Source: Azolla caroliniana
Lineage: Eukaryota > Plantae > Polypodiophyta
DNA length: 64,000 nt
Direction: 5' to 3'
Assembly (NCBI GenBank): GCA_043228905.1
Contig: JBHGNT010000009.1
Span: 12,524,001 to 12,588,000 of the forward strand
Under the pieces are notes generated by a model. The model saw only the letters and a program-made list of their open reading frames with translations, was not told the DNA's origin and did no database searches. The position numbers were made by a program, and so were the translations under genes. This document shows positions 37,555 through 50,443 of the stretch, one piece after another (the stretch's first letter is position 1; each line of letters opens with the position of its first letter).

Positions 37555-40500
37555 GCGTCGATAATCAACCGGTTCTTCCTCTCGGCCACAGCGTTTTGCT
37601 CCAGTGTGTATCTGCAGCTGAACTCTCTCCGAATTCGTTTTTGCTGCAGATAACTGTTGAATTGGCCGGAAAAATATTCTTTTCCGCCATCCGACCACAG
37701 GCACTTGATCTTCCTCTCTGTTTCCCGTTCAACCAGGCTTTGTAGGTTCCGGAAACACTCGAAGACTTCGCTCTTCCGCTCAATAAGGTAGATCCATGTG
37801 TGTCGGTTGTAGTCGTCAATGAAGGAGACGAAGTATCGACTCCCGCCAAGAGTAACGTTTGGTGTCGGTCCCCATACATCCGAATGAATAAGGTCGAGCT
37901 TGTTACGGCTATGGTTTCGTTCGATGTGGAATGGAAGCCGGTGTTGCTTCCCGAGTTGGCAGGCTTCACAAACTTCAGCCTTCCGACCGCTAAATTTCGG
38001 CAAACCGAAAACGACTTGTTTCGATTGCAGGTCTTGAAGCCTCCAATAATTGACGTGGTCGATCCGCTTGTGCCACAGGTCGATGTTCGATTCAACCTTC
38101 TTCCCTTTCACAAACATAGTGGTGCCGACATCATTAGTGTCAAGGATGAACATCCTCCCGTCTCTGCGCCCTTGCGCAATTATCCAGCCCTCTTCCTCGA
38201 TGAAGCACCCGAGGTGCGTAAACCGCACCTGCATCCCCTGGTCGAAGATTTGTCCAACCAACACCAGGTTCTTTGTGATAGTTGGAACGTGTAATACGTT
38301 CATCAGCTTCCCCTTTTGTTTGACATGGCTTAAGGGGACTTCTCTGACATGCACAATCGGGTGAGGGGTGTCGTCTCCGGTTTCGACAATCCCCGGTTGT
38401 TCTGGTTTCTCCAAAAAAGAGAACCACTCTTCATGGCTCGTCATGTGGTTGGACGCTTGGGAATCAACGTACCATACTTCCTCTAGTTCAGAAGTAGTCT
38501 TCTTCATCGAGTTAGCCTTGTGCTTCATCATGAAGGCTGGCCCTTTACTGGTTTTCCCGATTCCGGATCCTTCCGATCCTTCCGCGTAGTGCGAGCTTTG
38601 CCGATTCTCCCAACCAGTTTTGCCGAATTCGGATTTGTTCGAATCGGCGCGCTTCTTCCAGCACTCGCTTTCCTTGTGGCGCTTTTTGCCACAGTACCAA
38701 CATTCTGTGTCGGCCTTTGCTTGCCGGCCTCCGGCGCCACCTTGACTCCCCCTGCTTGTGGAGGGTCCGGAACTACTGTCGGCACGTTCTTTGTGCCTTC
38801 GGTCCTGCTCTTGCCGACCGCTACCATTGCGAGCCGACCCGCCTCGTCCACCACGCCCATGGGGCCGATCTGCCTCCATGTACAGCATCCGACTGTCGGT
38901 GGGTGCACTTGTTGACGCACCGGCGTGGTTCTCCTCTACAAGGAGCATCGACTGTAAGTTGAAAAATGACGGTGTATTCTCCCTTGTACATACCACCGTT
39001 CGGAATGCTTTGAACTTAGACGTTAGGCCCCCAAGACAGATCCGCACCATCTCATCTTCCTCTACAGTGACGTTGATAGAGGCAAGTGAGTCATAAATCT
39101 CTTTGATTCGGCCGTGTAATTGGCTACTGACATGTCCTTCTATCAGACATTGCTCAAATCCTGTCAAAGTTGCAACTTCCGGGCCGTAGTGCTTGCCACG
39201 AAAACCTTCTTCAGGTTTCCCCAAGCTTCTATTGGCGTCTTGGCATCTCGGACATGGCTCAACAGCTGGTCTCCGACACCGGATGCAAAGCAATACATCA
39301 CTCTGCTTGCCGCTTGTTCCCACACTGGGAAGTCCTTGTGTGCCGCATCAGGTGTTATGTCGTTAGCTCCGTCGACATAGCTCCAGTAACCATGCCCAAG
39401 CAGGTACTGGTGCATCTTGTATGACCAAGATGCGTAGTTGGATCTATCGAGCTTCTCCATCGAGAGCGAGCTAGCCATTCCTCTGTCCATCACTTCTCTT
39501 TCTATTCTTACTGGGTCTTAGGGTTTGTCTTCAGATGCTAATGTCGGTTGTAGAGGTTCTCAACCCTCGCGCTCTGATACCATGTGAATGTTAAAGTGCG
39601 GAAGCGTCAGATAGAACCGGATCAACCGGATAGAAACAGAAAATGAGATGAAGGTTTAATGGAAAAGCTTCAAACACGCAGAGTATATATGGGAGAGACA
39701 AAGAGAGCAAAACATAGAACTATATTCAAAAATTAACTCTAAAACTCTGTAGATACAACGTACTAAACAACACTATTTATACAAGTCCATAAAGGACTGA
39801 CAGAAGTACTGACATGTACTTCAATGCTCACAAGTGTGACTGACACTAACTACGAGACATTAACTACCTAGTAGTCTAGGCTACTACTAGGCTTCCGGTT
39901 ACTACTTGATCCAGCTAACCGGCTCCCCAACTCACCGCGCTCACCGATTTGGCTCATCCTTCTGGATGCTGATCTGACTCAGGCTTATTCAGCCGATCCG
40001 GATCCGGTTGAGCTTGCCACTCAACATGAAGAAATGTTGAATTAGAAACAACGAGTCGTTTTCTCTATGCTAATAACAAGTGTGCAAGAAACTTTTCTAC
40101 GATAGTAAATTTTTCAAACGTTTTTGTATTTTCTTTCAACCCACTTTCATTGTTTTCCACCAAACGAAACTAAGCTCAAAGCAACACAAAATATGTTTGT
40201 TAAAGTTTTGATTATCTCACATACTTAGTTACAACACAAGGTACGATGTTCTTGAGCACTTACGTATTCCTATTTACATACATAGGAATGCAATTATTCC
40301 CAACACACAGATGTGGATACACATCATAGGTTTGTTATTTTCCTATTGGATGACGACAATGATAATATTATGTAGTAGAGATCAGCTAAGCATTGTAAGC
40401 ATAGATATAATCACCATGAGGACATGCCATTATAGCCAATGAATACCATGTACGTATGTGTGCCTGCATATTCTAAATGTTTGAATTCTTCCACGTGATC

Positions 40501-41152
40501 CTTCGGAATATGGAACCATTTGTTTCTCATATGTTATATTCTAAATGTTTGAGTTCCACTCTACATCGGTATCTTATTAAGAGAACAAGGTTCAATCATG
40601 GTTCTAGACATAAAACATGCTTTGTAATCAAAGTAGGATTTGAAAATTGATATATTTCAAACATGTTAATATGCAATGTATTTGAATCACCATAAATAAC
40701 ATGTTTGTGTGGTGTCTCTGATTTTATGAGCTTCTTTTGTATCCCTTTTTTTCTTCTTACTTCTTGATATCGTACGAGATATACGAAGAGTAGAGTGTGA
40801 TGAGTGAGGGTCGAATGATATAATGTTCTTGATGAGTGTGTGTAAATGTGCATAAGTGTAATTGTGAGTGTGAGTAGATATGTATGTGAACAGATGCACA
40901 TGTGGGTGTATGTGGACGGATACGAAGAGGAGCTTTCTAAGGAATGTTCATTTACTGAATTCCATTACTGTGGCGAGAAGTTATGAGCATTTTTGTCTGT
41001 ATCCATCTTTGCCCCATGGCACCTCAAACGCAAGGTAGATTTTGAAGCCCTAAATCAAGTGAAAGGTACATTTTCTCTCTCCCTCTCTCCCTCTCTCATA
41101 GGGTTTGGTCCTACAATGACACACTCGTAAGGTTGCCTCAAAGTTCGGGAGT

Positions 41153-41989
41153 ATGATTGATAATGAACCGAAATCACCAACAAATGTTGATTCCAATGCA
41201 ATAAACACAATGGACAAAATGCTTATGAGTCACTTGATTTCTCTTCAAGAAACCATAAACAAGCAAGGTGAAGAGATTAGGATGTTAATGAAAGAGAATG
41301 CTAAACTCCAAACTATTGCCATTGAGAATGAAATTCTTAAGAAAGTGGTTGCAAAACTTGAAGAAGAGATTCAAGAATGTAAAAGAGCTTTCGAAACAAA
41401 TGAGCGCCTTAATAAGATTGAGTTAAAGGAAGCATTAAAAGAAGAAAAATTAGACACAATGAGGTGGGATGTAAGTGAGATAAAAAATGTATGTACAACG
41501 AAATCATGGGCCGATGTATGTGGTGGGGATGGGGTATCAAACTCATCTAATATGCATGTGATGCATCAAGAGAAGAATATAGAAAGCATAGATGCCCGAG
41601 AATTGAAAGAGCGTGAACGAAGATCAAAGAACATTGTTATCTGTGGGATTAAAGAGGAGAGTATGGAAACACCCGCTTCCCTTGGAAAGGCCATTGATGA
41701 ATTTTTTAACATGCATTATGGGATGTCAGATGTGAATGTATATGGGGCACACCGAGTTGGGAAACATGGTGTTACTCGCTCCGAAGAAAGGCCCATTGTA
41801 TGCACAATGATGGATGATACAAAGCGGCGGATCATACTAAAAAACAGTTGGGTATACCTCAAAGGTACGCAATACTTTGTGAGTGAAGATCGTACTATCT
41901 CACAACAAAATGCCCGTCATAAAACATATGAAGAAAGATTGAAAAATAAGGTTAAGGATGTGCTTAAAGATGGAAATGTAGGCAAATAG
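41153..41989 (+). CDS. LINE ORF1 (coiled coil + RRM/CTD-like)
   Basis: Open 278-aa frame; coiled coil followed by ERRSKNIVICGIKE, AHRVG..RPI and LKGT..VSEDRT, typical of LINE ORF1. Confidence 0.8.
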   Translation: MIDNEPKSPTNVDSNAINTMDKMLMSHLISLQETINKQGEEIRMLMKENAKLQTIAIENEILKKVVAKLEEEIQECKRAFETNERLNKIELKEALKEEKLDTMRWDVSEIKNVCTTKSWADVCGGDGVSNSSNMHVMHQEKNIESIDARELKERERRSKNIVICGIKEESMETPASLGKAIDEFFNMHYGMSDVNVYGAHRVGKHGVTRSEERPIVCTMMDDTKRRIILKNSWVYLKGTQYFVSEDRTISQQNARHKTYEERLKNKVKDVLKDGNVGK

Positions 41990-42029
41990 GGACATGTGAC
42001 CTATGAGACTAAACTACGTCTTTTACGAC

Positions 42030-45000
42030 TATGTTTTTGGAATTGTAGTGGTACCCATGGAATGTGGGATTCGGCATAGAGGAGTTCATCGATGACTCGA
42101 ATATCACACTTCTTGTTGAAACATGGGAGCATGATAATCAAAGGATTCAAGGTTTAGGAAACTATAATGTACACTCTTTGATATGGGAGAAAAATCCAAG
42201 ACAAAGAAGAGGACAAGGAGGGGTGGCATGTTTGATTAAAAGGAAATAGAGAAATATGTGTCAATCGTAAAAAGTGATGAACATAAATGCTACATATGGT
42301 TCAAAATAGAAACACCTAATGATTTGCCCACTTTTGTCGTTGGATGTTACATTCCTTATCAAGATTCTAACTTCTATGCTTCTTTGGATAAAGATCAACC
42401 TCTTGCAAATCTAGAAGATGATATTGCTTATTTCAAATCCAAAGGGGAAGTTATTGTCTTTGGTGACATGAATGCTCCTACAAGAAGTTTCCAACTTGAT
42501 TCACATGAATCTTTCATGCCACATATCTCAAGGATGCAAGAGGATATGCAAATGGATAGTCGATCTTCTAGCGATGAAAAAGATCCGGACCAATTTGGGA
42601 AACTACTCCTACAAATGTGCAATAGTACCGAATTGCTTATTGCAAATGGTGTTTCCTTATGGCCCAATACTAACGACTTTACATGTAGAAAACACAATGG
42701 AAATAAATGTATAGTCAATCTTCTAGCGATGAAAAAGATCTGGACCAATTTGGAAACTACTCCTAAAAATGTGCAATAGTACCGAATTGCTTATTGCAAA
42801 TGGTGTTTCCTTATGGCCCAATACTAACGGCTTTACATGTAGAAAACACAATGGAAATAAATGTATAGTCAATCTTCTAGAGATGAAAAAGATCCGAACC
42901 AATTTGGAAACTACTCCTACAAATGTGCAATAGTACCGAATTGCTTATTGCAAATGGTGTTTCCTTATGGCCCAATACTAACGGCTTTACATGTAGAAAA
43001 CACAATGGAAATAAATGTATAGTCAATCTTCTAGCGATGAAAAAGATCCCAACCAATTTGGAAACTACTCCTATAAATGTGCAATAGTACCGAATTGCTT
43101 ATTGCAAATGGTGTTTCCTTATGGCCCAATACTAATGGCTTTACATGTAGAAAACACAATGGAAATAAATGTATAGTCAATCTTCTAGCGATGAAAAAGA
43201 TCTGAACCAATTTGGAAACTACTCCTACAAATGTGCAATAGTACCGAATTGCTTATTGCAAATGGTGTTTCCTTATGGCCCAATACTAACGGCTTTACAT
43301 GTAGAAAACACAATGGAAATAAATGTATAGTCAATCTTCTAGCGATGAAAAAGATCCGAACCAATTTGGAAACTACTCCTACAAATGTGCAATAGTACCG
43401 AATTGCTTATTGCAAATGGTGTTTCCTTATGGCCCAATACTAACGGCTTTACATGTAGAAAACACAATGGAAATAGTGTGATTGACTATGTGCTATTTTC
43501 TGAAGGTATTTTGGATCATATACATAAATTCTCATTGGGGGAATGGACACCAGAATCCGATCATAGGAATTTATGTATTGATCTCAAATGTATGCATAGG
43601 TTTGATTGCAAGAAGGTTATTGAAGATAGTAAACAAACGCACTTGAGCATGAATCTTAAGCGAGCGCCCATGTATTCCAAGATGGTTGAGGATATGTTAC
43701 AAATGACAAAGACACAACATGGTGCCACACTAGAATGCAAATGGGAAGCTTTTAAGAATGTCATTCTCTCTTGTACAAACAAATGTTTTTCGACCAACCG
43801 CACATCATGGAAATGCACGAAGAAATGTTAGAAAAAATGGTTTGATAAAGAATGTCATGAAGCTCGAAAGTGCCTTATGGTTTTGGATGTAGTTAAGGAT
43901 AAAGAAAATTACCAAAAGCATTTGCATGACTATAAAAGGCTTATTCAAAGAAAGAGACGAATATGGGAAGTTACTCAACAACTTCTCCAAACGCAAGAGA
44001 AAGCACATGCATGTGCTAAATTTTGGGGAAATCTAAAGGGGAAACGTGTTGAGAGTTATGGTGACTTAACTCTTCTTGACTTGTCTATGCATTGTAAGAA
44101 TTTATATAAGTTATCTCTTACCGGAAAGATGACTATGGTTCTCTTTCACATATGTCTCCCTTCTTTACAATTGAAGATATATGCATAGGACTTAAGAAAT
44201 TGGCCTCTCGAAAGGCAAGCGATCTTCAATATATAAAAGTTGAAATGCTCAAATGGACGGGAAAGGAAGCACATATATGGATATGCGATATGTTTAATGA
44301 TGCATTGCAACATGGTATGCTATATGATTGGACTACAAATTGGATCAAACCTTTACATAAAGGCGGAGATGTAAATAATGTAAACAATTATCGAACCATC
44401 ATGGTTGGCTCATTAATGGCAAAACTATTTGGATGTATAATGGAATCAAAGATAAGTGTATGGGCAGAAAAAAATGGTAAGAGAGCTTATGGACAAGCTA
44501 GTTTTCAAAAACACCATAGCACCATTGATCATCTTGTTACTTTTCGAGTATTAATGGAGAAAAGTCGCCTTAGAGGTAAAGGTTTATATTGTTTCTTTGT
44601 AGACTTCAAGAAAGCTTTTGATATGGTTACCAAGTTTGTAAAGGAAGAATGTGTTGAAGAAGTTGTCATTGGGAAAGTTGTGATTATGCTTTTGTTATAT
44701 GAGGATGATGTAGTGCTTTTTGCAAATACTTCAGGAGATGCACAAAAGCTTATGAAGGCATTGGAAAAAATTTGCATGCATACTAGATTAAGTGTCAATA
44801 GCTCTAAAACAAAGATTATGCTTGTGAAGAGTAAAAAAAGAGATAAACCATGCATTATGTACAACAATGAACCACTTGAATATGTGGAAAGCTTCAAATA
44901 TCTTGGCCTTGAAGTTCCTTCAAATCATATATGGAATAAATGTGCTACACGCCGCTTAGAGGCGGGTAAGCGAGAATATTATGCATTTGAGAACACATGC

Positions 45001-45690
45001 AATCTTGGAGATATTAAGTGTTGGGTCCTCAAGAAATATCTTTTTGACACTTTGGTGACCATGGTTCTTCTCTATGGGGTGGAAGTATGGGGCGGTAGCA
45101 TCCCTAAATCTACGTGGAAAGAGTTTGAAAATGTCCAAAAACATTTTCTTACAAAGTTTCTACAAGTTAAGAAACAAACGCCCTACATCCTCCTCCTCCG
45201 TGAGACGGGATCGCCTCCCATTGAGATCATGGCCATGGAAAGGGTTGTTGAATACATGCTTAAGGTTCAAAAAAGCCCCTCACATCGACTTCCTAGAATT
45301 GAATGGGAAGCAAGCAAAAAGATCCAAAAGTCGCATGAAAGCAAAATTTTGTGTTCCGGTTGGATGCAAGATATAGAAAAATGGTTTGGTAGATGGGATG
45401 CAAGACACTTGCTTCATGATGCGTCACTAGATTCCTCTGTAAATGAGGCCTTTTTGCAATGCCAATGTATCATGACATGGGACAAATGTGGTGGCTCACG
45501 CTTCACACATTATACTACAAATGTTGCATCTAACTACAAAACCATATTCTTCGCGGAACGGGGAAGCCGTACACATCGATACATGTTAGAGCCCATCCCG
45601 ATATCTGTCATTCGAACCATTGCTTCCATGCAACTTAGCTCGCACGGATTGAGATGTGAGACGGGGCGTTGGGGCACAAGTGATGAGATG
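42030..45690 (+). pseudogene. LINE ORF2 (AP endonuclease + RT), disrupted; RTEX-like
   Basis: WN..G, ETW, GDMNA, SVIDY, ESDH endonuclease motifs; WFDKEC; NYRTI, VDFKKAFD, YEDD, FKYLG; SSHGLRCETGRW; the GVKQG segment is deleted and the 3' end truncated. Confidence 0.88.
42550..43475. repeat. Six tandem copies of a 154/155-bp piece of LINE endonuclease
   Basis: TCTTCTAG at 42564, 42719, 42873, 43027, 43181 and 43335. Confidence 0.95.
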
Positions 45691-46688
45691 GCTATCACCC
45701 CGCAATAATTGTCATTTTCGTCATCGCTCCTCATCACACCCACCATGTCTATCTTCATCATTAATCATCAACGACATTATCATTAAACCTAACCCTAAAA
45801 CCATCAACACTTCTCATATGCCATATTTGAAATGCTATCATTTTCGTCAATGCACATCATGCTATCACCCCGCAATAATTGTCATTTTCGTCATCGCTCC
45901 TCATCACACCCACCATGTCTATCTTCATCATTAATCATCAACGACATTATCATTAAACCTAACCCTAAAACCATCAACACTTCTCATATGCCATATTTGA
46001 AATGCTATCATTTTCGTCAATGCACATCATGCTATCACCCCGCAATAATTGTCATTTTCGTCATCGCTCCTCATCACACCCACCATGTCTATCTTCATCA
46101 TTAATCATCAACGTCATAATCATTAGCCCTAACCCTAAAACCATCAACACTTCTCATATGCCATATTTGAAATGCTATCATTTTCGTCAATGCACATCAT
46201 GCTATCACCCCGCAATAATTGTCATTTTCGTCATCGCTCCTCATCACACCCACCATGTCTATCTTCATCATTAATCATCAACGTCATAATCATTAGCCCT
46301 AACCCTAAAACCATCAACACTTCTCATATGCCATATTTGAAATGCTATCATTTTCGTCAATGCACATCATGCTATCACCCCGCAATAATTGTCATTTTCG
46401 TCATCGCTCCTCATCACACCCACCATGTCTATCTTCATCATTAATCATCAACGTCATAATCATTAGCCCTAACCCTAAAACCATCAACACTTCTCATATG
46501 CCATATTTGAAATGCTATCATTTTCGTCAATGCACATCATGCTATCACCCCGCAATAATTGTCATTTTCGTCATCGCTCCTCATCACACCCACCATGTCT
46601 ATCTTCATCATTAATCATCAACGTCATAATCATTAGCCCTAACCCTAAAACCATCAACACTTCTCATATGCCATATTCGAAATGCTAT
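45691..46688. repeat. ~Six tandem copies of a 170-bp unit containing CCTAACCCTAAAA
   Basis: GCTATCACCC at 45691, 45861, 46031, 46201, 46371 and 46541; copies 1-2 and 3-6 form two variant blocks. Confidence 0.95.
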
Positions 46689-47605
46689 TGGAGACACCTT
46701 GCATGTTCCACATTTCTCCATTGAATATTTCAGATCTTATTATATATGGACTTGTGTCCTCCCAATTATTTAACTATACACGTAAAAAATTGTTGCATGC
46801 ATTTGACGATTTCTTGGTGTGCTTGGATTTTGAAATTTGAAGACTTGAATGCAATGGACATATCGGTGGTTATTGAAGATGGCATGTGGTTTGTACAGAT
46901 GGCGCGTCAGTCCAAGACCTTCATAGACTTTGATGCGGATTGGGGTGAAACAATACCCTATGAAGGGAGGTATGGCTTGAATCATTTCTCAACTATATAT
47001 TGTGATGTTTGTGTGCTAACTTGAATGATGGTTTAGGGTTTTTGTAAGAAAGGGTGCTAGGTGCCCCAAATCCAACGATATGGACGCTAAAAACATCATT
47101 ACTGAAAAGCCTATGAGTGACTCGAACATGGATACGAACCCCATACACGACGTGGGGCCATTTGTTGAAGATGTCAAAGTAACTGGTGAGCTTATGTACA
47201 TTCTTGTAATCATTATTGAAGTAAGTATATATTGGGTTTTTCTAATCATTCCTGGCTTGAGTCGGGCGAGCTCCTGGTGACAGAGGTTGTAAGACAATGA
47301 GGCTCCTTTTGACAGAGTCGGGCTCCGAGTTACAGAGATTGTCAGACAACGGGGCTCCTTGTGACAGAGTCAGGTTCCTAGTGACAAGCGGTGTCAGCTT
47401 TTTATCCACATTGGACGGTGGAGATCCCATCAACGGTGTGCGACCTGCACCGTCCACGCCCGTGATTGCCTCACTTGCCATCTTAAATTTTTTGGTGGTA
47501 GTTAGTGACGAGCGTGTATATATATTAATATATATATATATATATATATACACACCGTCTGTCTCTGTGTGTATGATCGCGGTACGCAGGAGCCATTTGA
47601 TTGCC

Positions 47606-50443
47606 ATGGATTATACTATCAAATCTCGTATTGCAGTTATTGAGAGTCACCTCACAAGCTCCGTGCTCGAAGTATTACACACAAACACACCCACTCTCTC
47701 TCTCTCTCTCACTCTGTATATATAGCTTGAATTTTCCATAGATTGTGATTCACTGATATTTATACTTATATTCCCTGTGAAGGATCGTTTAGGGTTTAAG
47801 ATCGAACCAAATGTTCGCAGAGCTCTTTGTGAATCATCTCCTGTGGTTGCTCTTGAATCAACAATCATCACACATGGTAAGTGGAAAAGGATAGAAAAAA
47901 AATTATATATCTATGTATCCAGTGAAATAAGAAAGAAGAAAGAAGAAAGATTGCCACTATGAGGCTTGCACCGAAATAAAATCCATCCTATGCACAGATA
48001 AAATAAAGTAGAAGCAAATATTGTCCTATATATTAGTGCCCATGCGATGAGATTCATGGGGCCAATGAATTATTCCGAAACACCCTGCCCAGCCACAGGT
48101 TGCTTGTAGGTGGGGAACTTTAAAATAGTTGAATAAAAAAGAGAAAGCCAAAGCGGAAAATTTAATCTAAGTTTGTTTGTTTGGATATTCGAGTCTGGCT
48201 CTGTTGTCGAGTAGATGAGAAAAAGAGCACGCCTAGTGTCATTAACACTGGTTCTGCCCTTGTCTGGAGTTCTTGAGAGCGAGCCATTACAATTTTTAAG
48301 GAACTCCTGAAAAAACCTAAATCTGGCACCTTAGATAAACTCAGACAAAGAAAGAAGGAAAAAGAAAGTTGCTATGATGGTGGACACAAGATTCTGTGAG
48401 AAATTATTGTTTCTCTTATTGGCATCCACACATAAGATGGTCAACTCAATATTTTTTTGAGAAAAGTGTTGTGGTCTTAATGCTCAGGAATGCCATATCC
48501 TCAAAATCTTCAGACTGCATTGGCAGTTGAGGACATCATCCGACAAAATGGAGCAATTCCAGCAACTATAGCTATAATTAGAGGCGTTCCATGCATAGGT
48601 AAGCATACAATCTTCTATTTTGAAGTTTTCTTTTAGCATCTCCTGAGATTTATTTTGCATTTTGATTATTTGGCTAGGATTATCTGCAAATGAGCTGGAA
48701 GATTTGGCCAAAAATGGTAAAAACTTCACTAAAACTGCACGAAGAGATATTCCGCATGTGGTAGGTTGGAAATAAGTTTACTTTAGCCTTTCTTAATCTT
48801 GTTTGATTAGTGTTTTCAAATATTTTAGTTTAATTTCTTGTGCATTTATGTTGGAAATGAGGAAGATTATTCATAACAGATTGTATAAGACTATATCTAT
48901 TTGCATACCACCCGTTGTCATCTTGTGGTTGATTAGGTCATGGTTTCAACCCCATTAGGTTTTGGGTATAAATATGATGCCATTACAAGATTTTGAAGTC
49001 ATGGGGAAGACAAAAAGATGGCGCCTTTAGTTCTTTGTTATCCCAGAAAGTCATGCAGAGACTAGCAGATTTATAGTTGGTGAAGCTTCACATATATAGG
49101 GAGGGTGAGAACTTTTCATCTGCTTTTGTGAAGCCCAAGAACTCCAACACAAATTCACCTTTAAAAAATGTAGTAGAGAAAATGAATAGGACTATTGTGA
49201 AGCTGACTATGCTGGATCATGCATACTTTGAGTGGATCTTTTGTACAGGGTGTCTTCCACTATTTTTCCCGTATTTAGAACAGGTCATATACCTCCTCCC
49301 CATAGATGCTGACACCGTCAGTGGCTTACCAGGGCATTGCAGGGTTTTGGATACTCAACCTTTATATATTTAACATATAGAACACAATGGAGAAGACAAG
49401 GATTTATACTATAGCAAAGAGCCAAAGCACGATCAGAAAAAAAGGTTTGATACAAGAGGAGCTCTCTCCAATGCGCTCCTAAGTGAGCAGATACAGATAA
49501 AACTCACTGGTGGAGCGAGGAAGTGTCCCCTTTTGGCAGTCTGTAACAAGGTCATTTATGCAAGACAAAGATATTCAACTGAGTATAATAGTTATTAAAC
49601 GTATATGTATCATGCAAATATTTAGAAAACTCACATGATTCTTATGGGATGGGAAAATTGTACAAATATTCAGAAAACTTCGTTCCGTAACAAGGTCATT
49701 TATACAAGAGAAAGATATTTAACTGAACATAATAGTTATGAAGCGTAAATGTATTTAAAGAGATCTCTACTTGTCTATGGGTAGGGAATGGAGATGGGAA
49801 TGACATATTGAAAATTAATGTGTGTATGTATATTCAAGAATCCAGGGAAATTCCTCCGAAGCATATGTATGGTAATATAAATGTTATGGCTCTCTGCCGT
49901 AATTTTAGTCAATGATTTCAGAAGATTATATTCCTCTATGAAAAATTTGGATAATCTGTTATGTATCTCAAACTAGCTCGTGTCATATTGAGATCGACTA
50001 TTATTACATGATTGTGTGCTATCATTTATATCGTGTTGAATCCTTTGTTTAGTTGTTGCAAAGAATATCTTAGAAACGTTTTCATATTGATACATATGGA
50101 TGTATCTGTATGTATATTCTATACAGCATATGTATACTCAAAATGTGGATTCCATCTTAAAGTCATGTGATTAGCCTCACCTCCCGTTGTAAATATTTGT
50201 ACCTTAACTAGTACATTTGAAATCAAAGTTGGTCTATTATGCAGGTTGCAAGAAAGGGGAATGGTGCTACTACCGTTTCAGCTACTATGTTTTTTGCTTC
50301 AAAGGTATATTCTGAAAATGTTAAACAGGTTTGTTATATATTGATGCTTGATTTGTTTCTCTGCTGCATGGTATTTGCACAGGTTGGTATTCAAGTGTTT
50401 GTTACAGGAGGTATTGGAGGTGTTCATCGTGGTGGTGAAAACA
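47606..50443 (+). CDS. PUMY: PUMY exons 1-6
   Basis: [16 protein letters not shown]; [10 protein letters not shown]; MPYPQN; ATTVSATM; [10 protein letters not shown]. Confidence 0.92.

Larger units (their letters stand above)
33046..40026 (-). mobile_element. Full-length Ty1/copia element D: 5' LTR 39583-40026, PBS 39571-39582, 3' LTR 33046-33461, PPT 33462-33473
   Basis: 5-bp TSD TGAAG (33041-45 and 40027-31); CWYCGKKRHKESEC; WYVDS; SDGGKEY; YVDD; ADIFTK; frameshifts and stops present. Confidence 0.95.

Noticed and set aside
37398-39323. 641-aa ORF as a standalone gene
   Set aside because: Copia D gag-PR-IN entered from a shifted frame and running into the inserted solo LTR.
45780-46660. 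Interstitial telomere
   Set aside because: Only one to two degenerate CCCTAAA-like units per 170 bp, not a continuous tract.
45656-46724. Series of 90-aa His/Ile-rich ORFs
   Set aside because: By-products of the 170-bp tandem array.
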